Below, piece by piece: positions 19,020-28,990 of a stretch of DNA of 64,000 bases (its first letter is position 1; every line of letters begins with the position of its first letter). The notes under the pieces are model-generated. The model searched no databases. It was not told the origin of the DNA and was given only the letters and a program-made list of their open reading frames with translations. This DNA is from Nitrospinota bacterium (lineage in GTDB: Bacteria > Nitrospinota_A > UBA7883 > JACRGQ01). Position numbers and translations under genes: made by a program. Location: the NCBI GenBank assembly GCA_016217735.1, contig JACRGQ010000013.1, positions 10,428-74,427 of the forward strand, read 5' to 3'.

Positions 19020-19811
19020 TCAGCCGTTCATGAAGCCGAGACCCACAACGACCTGCAGGTAGGGGCCGGTGAAAGAAGGGGAGGGGCCGCCGCTCGCGCC
19101 CCCTTCGGTGCTTTGCCAGTCGCCGATGGGGGCGGAGAAAAGGTATCCCGCGCGGAACCCGAAGGTGAACGGCACATGGGTGCCGGCTCCCGTCTCGGTG
19201 AGCGGCGTGAATCCGTCCGCCGCGATGGCGATGTTGAAGACGGCCGAATTGTAGGCGAGTTGCGCGCCGCGCTTGGGATCCGCCAGCGTCTGGTCGAAAG
19301 TGGGGGAGCCGGTGGATTGTATGTTGAGCGCGAGGGTGCCGATGCCGATTCCCGCCATCGGGTAGATCATGTAGCTGTCGGAGCGCCGCACCACGTAGCC
19401 CGCGTTCACCACGAGGTAGCCGCCGGTTACATAGAGGCTATACGCGCCGCTGGAGATTTTTTGCTGGTTCATCCAGTGCAGCTCGCCGCCGGCGATCCAG
19501 TCATCTATCACGGCGTGGGCGCCGATGCCGAGCATGACGAAGTTTTTATCGATGGTGGAGTAGCCGTTGGCTTTCAAGCGGTTGTTGAGCGCGTCGAGGT
19601 CGAGGGAATTGTTCCCCAGCATCAGGTAAACTGCCGCGCCGTGCCGGTTTTTCACGAAGCGGATATCGGTGTTCGGTTTTTGATCTTCGCCGGATTCGGC
19701 TTCGGCCCCGGCGGAAAAATCCCCCGCCCACGCGGGGGTGGCGATCAGCAGCGTCAGGAGACAAAGGGCGGCAATGCGTGTTTTCAAAGTGTACCTCCAA
19801 CTGTTATGCAT
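19020..19811 (-). CDS. Outer-membrane beta-barrel protein (porin/OmpW-like)
   Basis: Signal peptide …ALCLLTLLIATPAWAG; alternating hydrophobic beta-strand pattern; C-terminal GLGFMNG. Confidence 0.5.
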   Translation of the reverse strand: MHNSWRYTLKTRIAALCLLTLLIATPAWAGDFSAGAEAESGEDQKPNTDIRFVKNRHGAAVYLMLGNNSLDLDALNNRLKANGYSTIDKNFVMLGIGAHAVIDDWIAGGELHWMNQQKISSGAYSLYVTGGYLVVNAGYVVRRSDSYMIYPMAGIGIGTLALNIQSTGSPTFDQTLADPKRGAQLAYNSAVFNIAIAADGFTPLTETGAGTHVPFTFGFRAGYLFSAPIGDWQSTEGGASGGPSPSFTGPYLQVVVGLGFMNG

Positions 19812-19883
19812 TCATTGTACCTCAATGAGCGGCGAAGGGAAGGTGTCACGCCGGGATTGCGGCGGGAGGGGTTCAGCCGGGGA

Positions 19884-21638
19884 TCACACGGCGGTGAGGC
19901 GCAGCACTTCCTCGAAGGTGGTTATCCCTTCGGCCATTTTCCGCGCGGCGTTCTCCTTCAGCGTTCTCATGCCGCTTTTGCGGGCCATCTCCTTGATCGC
20001 CGTGTCGGGGGTTTTGCCGTCGATCAGTTGGCGGATGTCGTTGCTCACCTCCAGCACCTCGTGGACGCCGGTGCGCCCGTGGTAGCCGGTGGAGCGGCAG
20101 TGGTCGCACCCCGTCCCTTTTTTGAGGCGCACCGGTCCACTGGCGGAAAGGCCGAAGCTTTTAAGTTCGTCCGCGGTATGCTCGATATCGGCGATGCAGC
20201 GGGGGCAGATCATCCGCACCAAACGTTGCGCCACCACGCCGATGAGCGAGCTTTTGACCAGATACGGCTCGATGCCGATGTCGTACAGGCGCGTCAGGGA
20301 CGATACGGTGTCGTTGGTGTGCAGGGTGGAAAGGACAAGGTGCCCGGTGAGCGCCGCCTGCACGGCGTTCTGGGCCGTTTCGTGGTCGCGGATCTCGCCG
20401 ATCATGATGACGTCCGGGTCTTGGCGCAGGATGGCGCGCAGGGCGGCGGCGAAGGTGAACTCGATGACCGGCTGCACCGCCACCTGATTGAACTCCGGCA
20501 CCACCATTTCCACCGGGTCTTCGATGGTGACGATGTTGCGGTCGGGCGACTCGATGTATTTGAGGGACGAGTAGAGCGTGTTCGTCTTTCCCGATCCGGT
20601 GGGGCCGGTGACGAGGATGATGCCGTGGGGCCGCGCCAGGAAGCGTTGATAGCGTTCCAGTTCCTCGGGATAGAGGCCGAGCGCGCCGAGTCCGCGCAAG
20701 GCCATCTCGGCGTCGAAAATGCGGATGACCGCCTTCTCCCCGAAGACGGTGGGGAGGATGGAAACGCGCATCTCGCTTTCCTTTCCCTCCTTTTGCACCT
20801 TGATGCGGCCGTCCTGCGGGCGGCGCTTTTCCGATACGTCGAGCCGGGCCAATATCTTGATGCGCGAGAGCACCGCGCCATGCACGGCGCGGGGGATGCG
20901 CTGCGTTTCGTTCAGCGCGCCGTCGATGCGCATCCGCACCACGGTCTCCTCCCGCTTTGGCTCAATGTGGATGTCGCTGGCGCGGTTGGCCAGCGCATAG
21001 TGCAGGATCAGTTCCACCGCGTTTTGGATATGCTTGTCGGAGGAACTGATCTCTTCTTCCGATTTGAGGCGGCTCAGTTGCTCCAGATCGGAAAGCGCGG
21101 CGCCGGCGGAGACCCCCTTCTCCGCCTCGCGCATGGTGGCGCGGAAGCCGTAGAACTGGTTGATGATCCGCTCAATATCGCTCCGCGCCGCGATCACCCG
21201 GTTGATGTCGAGACCGGAAAGTTTTTTTATCTGCTCCAACGCCTCGCCCGTTTCCGGGTCGGCCACGGCGACGGTCAGCGCTCCCTCCGTTTTTTCCAGC
21301 GGCACCACCATATGCCACAGGGCGAACGGGCGGGTGATGGTGCCGGCCACGATATTGCCGTCCAGTTCCAGCGGATCGATGCGGCGGAACGGCAGGCCGA
21401 ATTCCCGCGCCACGGCGCGTGTGATCGCCTCTTCGTCCAGCGGTTTGCCGCCGGCGGTGAAATTGAGGGCGGCGATGAAGGGAATCGGCAGTTTAGGTAT
21501 TTTTTCTTTTTCGCTCCGGCGGCGGTGACGGCCCCGCTGCTCCCACGCGCGGCGGATATGCTCGCTTTGCGTGGCGGTAATCGCTTTCTGGCGTAGCAAC
21601 AGGTCGGTGAGTTTTTCAATGTTATTGATGACGGTCAT
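19884..21638 (-). CDS. Type II secretion / type IV pilus assembly ATPase (GspE/PilB/MshE family), orphan
   Basis: T2SE_Nter-like N-terminus, Walker A GPTGSGKT, tetracysteine CPRC…CDHC; no adjacent GspF or pilin genes. Confidence 0.88.
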   Translation of the reverse strand: MTVINNIEKLTDLLLRQKAITATQSEHIRRAWEQRGRHRRRSEKEKIPKLPIPFIAALNFTAGGKPLDEEAITRAVAREFGLPFRRIDPLELDGNIVAGTITRPFALWHMVVPLEKTEGALTVAVADPETGEALEQIKKLSGLDINRVIAARSDIERIINQFYGFRATMREAEKGVSAGAALSDLEQLSRLKSEEEISSSDKHIQNAVELILHYALANRASDIHIEPKREETVVRMRIDGALNETQRIPRAVHGAVLSRIKILARLDVSEKRRPQDGRIKVQKEGKESEMRVSILPTVFGEKAVIRIFDAEMALRGLGALGLYPEELERYQRFLARPHGIILVTGPTGSGKTNTLYSSLKYIESPDRNIVTIEDPVEMVVPEFNQVAVQPVIEFTFAAALRAILRQDPDVIMIGEIRDHETAQNAVQAALTGHLVLSTLHTNDTVSSLTRLYDIGIEPYLVKSSLIGVVAQRLVRMICPRCIADIEHTADELKSFGLSASGPVRLKKGTGCDHCRSTGYHGRTGVHEVLEVSNDIRQLIDGKTPDTAIKEMARKSGMRTLKENAARKMAEGITTFEEVLRLTAV

Positions 21639-21681
21639 GGGGGCTATTCTACCGCACGGCGGTACTGATTGTGAAAACGGA

Positions 21682-21775
21682 GGTAGGTACACAATTCATT
21701 GTGTACGTTGGCGCGTAGCGCCAACCTGTCGGCCACTTGGGCCGATGTACAGGCTGAAAGCCTGTACCCACCGGG
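21682..21775. repeat. Structured intergenic element, family 2, copy Y
   Basis: GGTAGGTACACAATTCATTGTGTAC…TTGGCGCGTAGCGCCAA…GTACCCACCGGGG shares its ends and hairpins with the 2533-2684 element; lies just upstream of the gspE-like start. Confidence 0.5.
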
Positions 21776-21783
21776 GAGGGGAA

Positions 21784-22452
21784 TCAGAATTTCTCTTTCA
21801 CCGATTCTTCGGCGCCGCGCAGGCGGGCGCGCCACGCTTTGTACGCCTCGGTGAACACCGCGTTATCGGCCACGCCGATCTCCAGCGCCGCCACGTTTCC
21901 TTCCTTCACCGGCCGCACCCGCACCTCGTACCGGCCTTGCACGCCGTAGTAGATGTGCTGGTTCCGGTCAAAATCCTTCACGTCGTACAAGCCGTACTTC
22001 TCCATATACTTGTCGAGAAAGCGGGCGGGGGAAACCAGCGGGTCGGCGGCGCAGGCGAGGTAACGGTAGCTGTAAAGGATGCGGCGCTCGCCTTCTTTGC
22101 GCGGAATGGCCAGAAACACGGCTTCCACCGGCTTGCCGCATCGATCCGCGCCGCCCAACGCGGCGATGGTTGCCGGTATGCGGCGGATAAAGCGGTCGAA
22201 TCCATCGAATCCGCGGGGGCGCTGTATCGTGAGGGTGAAATCGGTTTTTCCCTTTTGCTCCAGATCGAAAAAAACGCCGGCCGTTTTTTCGGCGAATCCG
22301 GCGTAGGCGGCGTTGAACCGTTCCCACTCCGCGCCGGTGGGGAGCGAAAGGTAATCCACCTTGTTTTCGTGGGGCGGCGGGGCGGGTTTCTCCGCGGCGG
22401 CCGCGGCCAGCGGCATCGCGCAAATCAGGAACAGGAAAAGAACGCGCCGCAT
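21784..22452 (-). CDS. Secreted hypothetical protein
   Basis: Signal peptide MRRVLFLFLICAMPLAAAAA; no recognised domain. Confidence 0.5.
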   Translation of the reverse strand: MRRVLFLFLICAMPLAAAAAEKPAPPPHENKVDYLSLPTGAEWERFNAAYAGFAEKTAGVFFDLEQKGKTDFTLTIQRPRGFDGFDRFIRRIPATIAALGGADRCGKPVEAVFLAIPRKEGERRILYSYRYLACAADPLVSPARFLDKYMEKYGLYDVKDFDRNQHIYYGVQGRYEVRVRPVKEGNVAALEIGVADNAVFTEAYKAWRARLRGAEESVKEKF

Positions 22453-22459
22453 CGTGCCG

Positions 22460-22834
22460 CTACCGTTCAAAGCTGACCGATGCGTCGTAGACCACCACGC
22501 CGAAGTTTTTCATCTTCAGATGATACGCCGGCACCTCGAACCAGTAAAGGGCGGTTTTTCCCGGCGTGTGCGGACCGGGCGTGACGCGCATCGCGGGCTT
22601 ATGGGGGTTCGCCGCCAACTGGAACTTGTACGGGCGGTTGTCATCGTATCCGTAGACCCATCCGAAAATCTGGGCGATGTTCCGGCCGCTTTGGTTGAGC
22701 ACCGGGAAAATAACCCCATTTTTGCGGATACGCCCCTCTTTTTTCACCTCCGGCGCGATGGTCAGGTAGGCGGCGCGCGCCTCCCCGGCCGTCAGCAGGG
22801 CAAGACACAGAACCGGCGCAAAAAGACTTCTCAT
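22460..22834 (-). CDS. Secreted hypothetical protein
   Basis: Signal peptide MRSLFAPVLCLALLTAGEARA. Confidence 0.45.
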   Translation of the reverse strand: MRSLFAPVLCLALLTAGEARAAYLTIAPEVKKEGRIRKNGVIFPVLNQSGRNIAQIFGWVYGYDDNRPYKFQLAANPHKPAMRVTPGPHTPGKTALYWFEVPAYHLKMKNFGVVVYDASVSFER

Positions 22835-22937
22835 TATTATACGTATCGGCGGGGGCGGATTTTTTCTAAAGACCCGTTTATTCAATGTTTATTCAATGAA
22901 ATTGCCATGCCCTCCGCAACGGTATACAATCGCGGGT

Positions 22938-25373
22938 ATGGTGGAAAAGTTCATTTGCATCCACGCCCATTTTTACCAGCCGCCGCGTGAAAATCCCTGG
23001 CTGGAAGAGGTGGAGGCGGAGGAATCGGCCGCGCCGTTTCACGATTGGAACCAGCGGATCACCAAGGAATGCTACGCTCCCAACACCGCCGCCCGCGTCC
23101 TCGGCAAAGGGGGGAAAATCGCCGGCATCGTCAGCAACTACGAAAAGGTGAGTTTCAACTTCGGCCCCACCCTCCTTTCATGGATGGAGCGGCACGACCC
23201 GGATACCTACCACCAAATACTGGAGGCGGACCGGGCAAGCATCCGCACCCGCAACGGCCACGGCAACGCCATCGCGCAGGTGTACAACCATTCCATCATG
23301 CCGCTCAACAGCCGCCGCGACAAGGAGACCCAGATTATCTGGGGGATAAAGGATTTTGAATTCCGGTTCGGCCGCAAGCCGGAAGGGCTCTGGTTCGCCG
23401 AAACGGCGGTGGACGCCGAAAGCCTCGCCATCGCCGCGGCGCACGGCATCAAATACACCATCCTTTCCCCCCGTCAGGCGCGGTGCGTCCGTCCGCTGAA
23501 AGGAACCGGCGCCGTGCCGTGGACCGACGTGAACGGCAATCCCGACACGTGCCGCCCCTATCTGTACCGGCCCGACGAGAAGCACGAGATTGCGCTGTTC
23601 TTTTACGATGGCGACGCCGCGCACAGCATCGCCTTTGAAGGGGCCTTGTTCGATGGCGTGAAGATGGCGGAAATGCTGCTGGGCCGTTTCAGGCCGGAGG
23701 CGGAAAAAGAGCCGCAACTGGTGCATGTGGCCACCGACGGCGAGTCCTACGGCCACCACCACAAGTTCGGCGAAATGGCGCTGGTCTCCGCCTTGGCGGA
23801 ACTGGAGAAACGCGCCGACGTGGCCATCACCAACTACGGCCAGTACCTCGAAAGAAATCCCCCGCGATGGGAGGCCGACATCTTCCCGAACAGCTCGTGG
23901 AGCTGCATGCACGGCGTGGAGCGGTGGAAAAGCGACTGCGGGTGCAACACCGGCGGCGAAGCGGGCTGGAACCAGAAGTGGCGCGCGCCGCTGCGCGAGG
24001 CGTTGAACAGCCTGAAGAAAACGGTGGACGCCGTTTACGAAGAGGGGCTGGGGCGCTTTCTCCTCGACCCGTGGGAGGCGCGCAACGATTACATCGAAGT
24101 GAACCTCAAGCGGAGCGAAGACCGCGTCAAGGGCTTCTTCACCCGCCACCAGAAAACCCCGCTCTCCGACGAACAGACGGTGACGGCCCTCAAGCACCTC
24201 GAAATGCAGAAAATGGCGATGCGGATGTTCACCTCCTGCGGCTGGTTCTTCAGCGACATAGCGGGCCTCGAATCGATGCAGATACTCAAATACGCCGCCC
24301 GCGCCATCGATCTGGCGCAGGAGCTTTCGCTCAAGCCGGTGGAAGGGGAGTTCATTAAAATATTGGAGCAGGCCAAAAGCAACATACGGAAGAACGGCAC
24401 CGGGGGCGAGATATACCGCCGCCACATAATCCCGATGCGGTTGAATCCGATGCGGATGGCGGCGCACGCCATCATCACCGATTCGCTCGGCTCCCCCCGG
24501 GAGGGGCTGATGGAGGTCTATTGCTACCGGGTGGAAATGCATGACCGCGCGCACGAGACCTATCTGGAATCGGCGCTGACGACCGGCATGCTGGACATCC
24601 GCAACGCATACACCCTCGAATCGCGCAAGCTCACCTTCTGCCTGCTCCATTTCGGCATGCACGATTTCAACTGCTTCATCCATCCGTTTTTTGAAACCGC
24701 GGATTACCAGGCCGCCAAGGAAGAAGTGATCGAGGCGTACCACCGCCGCTCCATCCCCGAGTTGATCCGCACGGTGGAAAAATACTTCGGCCAGACCTAT
24801 TACACGGTCACCGCGCTTTTCAACGACCAGCGCCGCCGCGTGATGGAGCAGCTCATCGCCCCGCATCTCAGCCAGTTCGCCGAGACCTACGAATCGCTGT
24901 TCAACGCGAACCGCGCACTGATGGATTTCCACGCCAGCATCAACGTGCCGGTGCCGGCCGAATTCAGGATCGCCGCGCGGTACGTTTTTGAAAAACAGCT
25001 TGGCAGGCTTTTTGTCAGCACATCGACAAGCGTCGACCATGCGGCGATGGCCTCCATCATTTCCGAGGCGGCCCGGTGGGGCCTTACCCTGGATCACCAG
25101 CGTCTCGCCGAAAATATGACCGCCTGGCTTGAGTATCATGCCGCGCACACCTGCGCCGACCGCGAGCACAGCACCGCAACGCTGGTGTCCGCCGTCATGG
25201 AAGAAGCTGCGGCGAACGGCGTAACGCTGGACGTAAGGAAAATGCAAAACCTTCTTTATCCCCATTACCTCGCGTTCATAACCCCGGCCCATCCCCAGCA
25301 TAAAACGCTCCACGGCATCAAGGATTTCGGCCGCGTCCTGGAACTTTTTGATTTCCTCCTCCCCCCCGCCTGA
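22938..25373 (+). CDS. Glycoside hydrolase family 57 protein (alpha-glucan acting) with C-terminal extension
   Basis: N-terminal ICIHAHFYQPPRENPW and the HGVERWKSDCGC region are typical of GH57. Confidence 0.8.
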   Translation: MVEKFICIHAHFYQPPRENPWLEEVEAEESAAPFHDWNQRITKECYAPNTAARVLGKGGKIAGIVSNYEKVSFNFGPTLLSWMERHDPDTYHQILEADRASIRTRNGHGNAIAQVYNHSIMPLNSRRDKETQIIWGIKDFEFRFGRKPEGLWFAETAVDAESLAIAAAHGIKYTILSPRQARCVRPLKGTGAVPWTDVNGNPDTCRPYLYRPDEKHEIALFFYDGDAAHSIAFEGALFDGVKMAEMLLGRFRPEAEKEPQLVHVATDGESYGHHHKFGEMALVSALAELEKRADVAITNYGQYLERNPPRWEADIFPNSSWSCMHGVERWKSDCGCNTGGEAGWNQKWRAPLREALNSLKKTVDAVYEEGLGRFLLDPWEARNDYIEVNLKRSEDRVKGFFTRHQKTPLSDEQTVTALKHLEMQKMAMRMFTSCGWFFSDIAGLESMQILKYAARAIDLAQELSLKPVEGEFIKILEQAKSNIRKNGTGGEIYRRHIIPMRLNPMRMAAHAIITDSLGSPREGLMEVYCYRVEMHDRAHETYLESALTTGMLDIRNAYTLESRKLTFCLLHFGMHDFNCFIHPFFETADYQAAKEEVIEAYHRRSIPELIRTVEKYFGQTYYTVTALFNDQRRRVMEQLIAPHLSQFAETYESLFNANRALMDFHASINVPVPAEFRIAARYVFEKQLGRLFVSTSTSVDHAAMASIISEAARWGLTLDHQRLAENMTAWLEYHAAHTCADREHSTATLVSAVMEEAAANGVTLDVRKMQNLLYPHYLAFITPAHPQHKTLHGIKDFGRVLELFDFLLPPA

Positions 25374-25482
25374 TCTTTTTTATCATGTGTCCGTGCGTCA
25401 TTTGACAGGATGGCGGTACGGGCATAGCATGGAGATGAAGGGGCGTATGGGCTTTCTCTCTAATAAAAAGGAGGGTTTTCAC

Positions 25483-26607
25483 ATGTCCGGGGTCAAAGAT
25501 CAGGTAAAACTTCTCACCAGCGTCGACCGGCGCGAATTCATGGGTCTATGCGCGCAAATCTCCGTCGTCCTCGGGCTTGGCAACGATATGGTGCCGAAGA
25601 TCGCGGAAGCCCTCGAAGCGGCCGCCCGCAAGCCCTCCATCATCTGGCTCCACTTCCAGGAGTGTACCGGCGACTCGGAGGCGTTTCTCCGCACCACCAG
25701 TCCGTCGGTGGCGGAACTGGTGCTTGACGTCCTTTCCATCGACTACCACGAAACGATCATGGCCGCATCGGGTGACCAGGCGGAGCAGAACCTCGCCAAG
25801 GCGATAAAAGAGAACAAGGGGAAATATCTTGTCGTCTGTGAAGGGGCGATTCCGCTGGCCACCCCGCCAGGTCCCGCCGGTCTCAAAGGAGGGTATCTCA
25901 CCATCGGCAACAAGACCGGCCTCCAAATTGCCGAAGAGGTTTGCCGCGACGCGGCCGCCGTCATCTGCGTGGGGAACTGCTCCAGCTACGGCGGCGTACA
26001 GGCCCAGCGCCCCAATCCCACCGGCGCGGTGGGGGTGGGGGAAGCGCTTGGAATCAAAACCGTCAACATCCCGGCCTGCCCCCACAACCCGGTCAACTCC
26101 ATCGCCACCATCGTGAATTACCTGCTCCTCGGCACCTTGCCGCCGACCGACCGCTTCGGCCGCCCGCTCTTCGCCTATGAAGAGCGGATACACGACCAGT
26201 GTACCCGCCGCTCGCACTTCGACGCGGGCCAGTTCGTGACCGAGTGGGGGAGCGAGGAGGCCAAGAAAGGCTTCTGCCTTTACAAGATGGGGTGCAAAGG
26301 GCCGCAGACCTATAACAACTGCAACAAGGCCCGCTATAACGACCACACCGGCTGGCCCATCGGCGCCGGGCATGGCTGCGTCGGTTGCTCCGAGCCGAAG
26401 TTCTGGGACACCATGTCCCCCTTCTACAAGCGGCTCGATAATATAGAGGTTCCCTTTGGCGGCGTGGAAGCCACCGCCGACAAGGTGGGGCTGGTCCTTA
26501 CCGGGGCGGCGGTCGCGGGGGCGGCGGTGCACGCGGTCTACACGTTCAACAAGAAAAAAGAGCATGAAGAGCGCATCATCGATCGGGAAAAGAAGGAGGG
26601 TAAGTAA
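25483..26607 (+). CDS. [NiFe] hydrogenase small subunit (group 1, Tat-exported)
   Basis: RBS aaggagg; twin-arginine motif DRREFMG; FeS-cluster cysteine pattern; C-terminal TM anchor. Confidence 0.92.
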   Translation: MSGVKDQVKLLTSVDRREFMGLCAQISVVLGLGNDMVPKIAEALEAAARKPSIIWLHFQECTGDSEAFLRTTSPSVAELVLDVLSIDYHETIMAASGDQAEQNLAKAIKENKGKYLVVCEGAIPLATPPGPAGLKGGYLTIGNKTGLQIAEEVCRDAAAVICVGNCSSYGGVQAQRPNPTGAVGVGEALGIKTVNIPACPHNPVNSIATIVNYLLLGTLPPTDRFGRPLFAYEERIHDQCTRRSHFDAGQFVTEWGSEEAKKGFCLYKMGCKGPQTYNNCNKARYNDHTGWPIGAGHGCVGCSEPKFWDTMSPFYKRLDNIEVPFGGVEATADKVGLVLTGAAVAGAAVHAVYTFNKKKEHEERIIDREKKEGK

Positions 26608-28266
26608 ATGGGAACCCGCGTAGTCATCGACCCGATCACCAGAATCGAAGGCCACCTCCGCATCGAAGTGGAAATTGAAAACGGCAAGGTCAAGGATGCG
26701 TGGAGCAGCGGCACCATGTTCCGCGGCTTCGAAATCTTCATGCGCGACCGCGATCCGCGCGACGCGTGGTACATTACCCAGCGCGTCTGCGGCGTCTGCA
26801 CCACCGTGCACGCGCTCACCTCGGTGCTCTGCGTGGAAAACGCCATCGGCATCGAGGTGCCGGATAACGCGCGCCTTATCCGCAACCTCATCATGGGAAG
26901 CCAGTATCTGCACGATCACATCGTCCACTTCTATCACCTCCACGCGCTGGATTGGGTGGACGTGGTCAACGCCCTGAAAGCCGACCCGAAGAAGACAGCC
27001 GAACTTGCCCACGCCATCAATCCGCATTCGCAACGGAGCGGGGAGGGGGACTTTCAAGCGGTGCAGGACAGGGTCAAGGCGTTTGTGAACGCGGGCCAGC
27101 TCGGCCCCTTTGATAACGCCTACTGGGGGCACCCGGCCTACAGGCTGCCGCCGGAAGCGGATCTGATGGCGGTGAGCCACTACCTCGACGCCCTGACGCT
27201 GCAGGCGAAGGCGGCCCGGATGCACGCCGTCTTCGGCGGAAAAAACCCGCACCCGCAAAGCTATGTGGTGGGCGGGATGACCTGCGTACAGGATCTGACC
27301 CCGGATCGGCTGGCCGAATTCATCTATCTCATGAAAGAGACTGTGGATTTCGCCCAGAACGTCTACATCCCCGACCTGCTGGCGGTGGCGCCCTTCTACA
27401 AGGAATGGGCCGGTATCGGCGGCGGGGTGGGGAACTACCTTGCCTACGGCATGCTGCCCGAAAACACCAAGGACGACCCGAACAACCTTTTCTTCCCGCG
27501 CGGCGTGGTGATGAACAGGGATTTGGGAAATCCCCAAAAGCTGGATCAGGCGAAGATCATGGAGCATGTGGCGCACTCTTTCTACGAAGGGGCTGCGCCG
27601 CGCCACCCCTCGGTGGGGGAAACCAAGCCGTACTTCACCGGCATCAACACCGCCGACAAGGACGGCAAGTACAGTTGGCTCAAGAGTCCGCGCTACGACG
27701 GCAAGGCGATGGAGGTCGGCCCGCTGGCCCGGCTGGTCGTCGGCTACGCCGCCGGCCACAAGCAGATCAAGGCGGCCGTGGACGGCACGCTGAAACAGCT
27801 CGGCCTTCCCGCCACGATCCTTTTCTCAACGCTTGGACGGACCGCCGCCCGCGGCATCGAGACCAAGGTGATGGCGGACAAGATGCAGCAGTGGGTGGAC
27901 GAACTGCTGGCGAATATCAAGCGGGGCGATCTCAGCACCTTCGCCAGCTATAAGATGCCCGACAGGGCGAGCGGCTTTGGCATGACCGAAGCGCCCCGCG
28001 GCGCCCTCGGCCACTGGATCGATATCAGGGGGGGGCTGATACACAACTACCAGCTTGTGGTGCCGACCACATGGAACGGTTCGCCGCGCGACGCCACGGG
28101 TCAGCGCGGGGCCTTCGAGGAAGCTCTCGTCGGCACGCCGGTGCATGATCCGAAGAAACCGCTGGAGATACTCCGCACCATCCATTCGTTCGATCCGTGC
28201 CTGGCCTGCTCGGTGCATGTGATAGACCCGAAGACCAACGAAGTGCATGTAACAAAGGCGGCGTAA
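26608..28266 (+). CDS. [NiFe] hydrogenase large subunit
   Basis: RIEGH, RVCGVCTTVH and C-terminal DPCLACSVH Ni-binding motifs, with a 15-aa C-terminal extension for protease processing. Confidence 0.95.
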   Translation: MGTRVVIDPITRIEGHLRIEVEIENGKVKDAWSSGTMFRGFEIFMRDRDPRDAWYITQRVCGVCTTVHALTSVLCVENAIGIEVPDNARLIRNLIMGSQYLHDHIVHFYHLHALDWVDVVNALKADPKKTAELAHAINPHSQRSGEGDFQAVQDRVKAFVNAGQLGPFDNAYWGHPAYRLPPEADLMAVSHYLDALTLQAKAARMHAVFGGKNPHPQSYVVGGMTCVQDLTPDRLAEFIYLMKETVDFAQNVYIPDLLAVAPFYKEWAGIGGGVGNYLAYGMLPENTKDDPNNLFFPRGVVMNRDLGNPQKLDQAKIMEHVAHSFYEGAAPRHPSVGETKPYFTGINTADKDGKYSWLKSPRYDGKAMEVGPLARLVVGYAAGHKQIKAAVDGTLKQLGLPATILFSTLGRTAARGIETKVMADKMQQWVDELLANIKRGDLSTFASYKMPDRASGFGMTEAPRGALGHWIDIRGGLIHNYQLVVPTTWNGSPRDATGQRGAFEEALVGTPVHDPKKPLEILRTIHSFDPCLACSVHVIDPKTNEVHVTKAA

Positions 28267-28291
28267 CCGCCAAAGCCGATACGGGGGCCAT

Positions 28292-28990
28292 ATGGTCATT
28301 TTGCTGGAAATGGTAAAGGTAAAGACCGCCGGTGTGCGCGCGTTGCACTGGGTGATCTTCTTAGCCACCGTCTCGCTCGTGCTGACCGGCCTGTATATAG
28401 CCGATCCGTTCTGGCTTTCCGGCACGGGCGAGGCGTACCAAACGTTCGTCATGGCGAAGATACGGTTGATACACTTCCTCTCGGCAATCGCGCTGGATGT
28501 GGCCTTCCTCGTGCGGCTCTACATCGCGTTTTTCTCGCTCTTCCATACCGACTGGCGCGAAGTGCTCCCGACCCCCGGCAACCTGAAAGAGGCATGGAAG
28601 TCATTCCGCTTCTACTGGACGCTGGAAGGGGAGCAGAAGGACTACCGCTGGATCGACCCGTTCGACGGGATCACCTTCCACCTGTTGCACCTTATTCTGA
28701 TACTCCAACTGTTCACCGGATTCGCGCTCTACGTCTCCGGCATCGAACTCACCGCCGGCATCTATGGCATCTGGGCCAAAACCCTGCATTTTGCAACCGA
28801 CTGGACCCTCGTGGTCTTTGGCGGGCTGCCGGGAGTGCGCCTGATGCACCATTTCACGCTCTGGCTGGTGGTGAGCGGCGCGTTTTTGCACATCTACCAT
28901 CAGGTCTGGAAAACCATAAAACTGCAACGTGCCGACATCAGCGCCATCGTCAACGGCTACAAGCTGATGGCCGTGAAGCGTGGGAAATAA
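28292..28990 (+). CDS. Ni/Fe-hydrogenase b-type cytochrome subunit
   Basis: About 230-aa four-TM protein with conserved His residues, directly after the large subunit. Confidence 0.8.
   Translation: MVILLEMVKVKTAGVRALHWVIFLATVSLVLTGLYIADPFWLSGTGEAYQTFVMAKIRLIHFLSAIALDVAFLVRLYIAFFSLFHTDWREVLPTPGNLKEAWKSFRFYWTLEGEQKDYRWIDPFDGITFHLLHLILILQLFTGFALYVSGIELTAGIYGIWAKTLHFATDWTLVVFGGLPGVRLMHHFTLWLVVSGAFLHIYHQVWKTIKLQRADISAIVNGYKLMAVKRGK

Noticed and set aside
16251-21596. Long plus-strand ORFs (562 aa, 296 aa, 897 aa)
   Set aside because: Antisense to emrB, emrA and the gspE-like gene respectively, with low-complexity Arg/Gly/Asp-rich translations.
23178-27759. 711-aa and 737-aa minus-strand ORFs
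   Set aside because: Antisense to the GH57 gene and to the hydrogenase small and large subunit genes.
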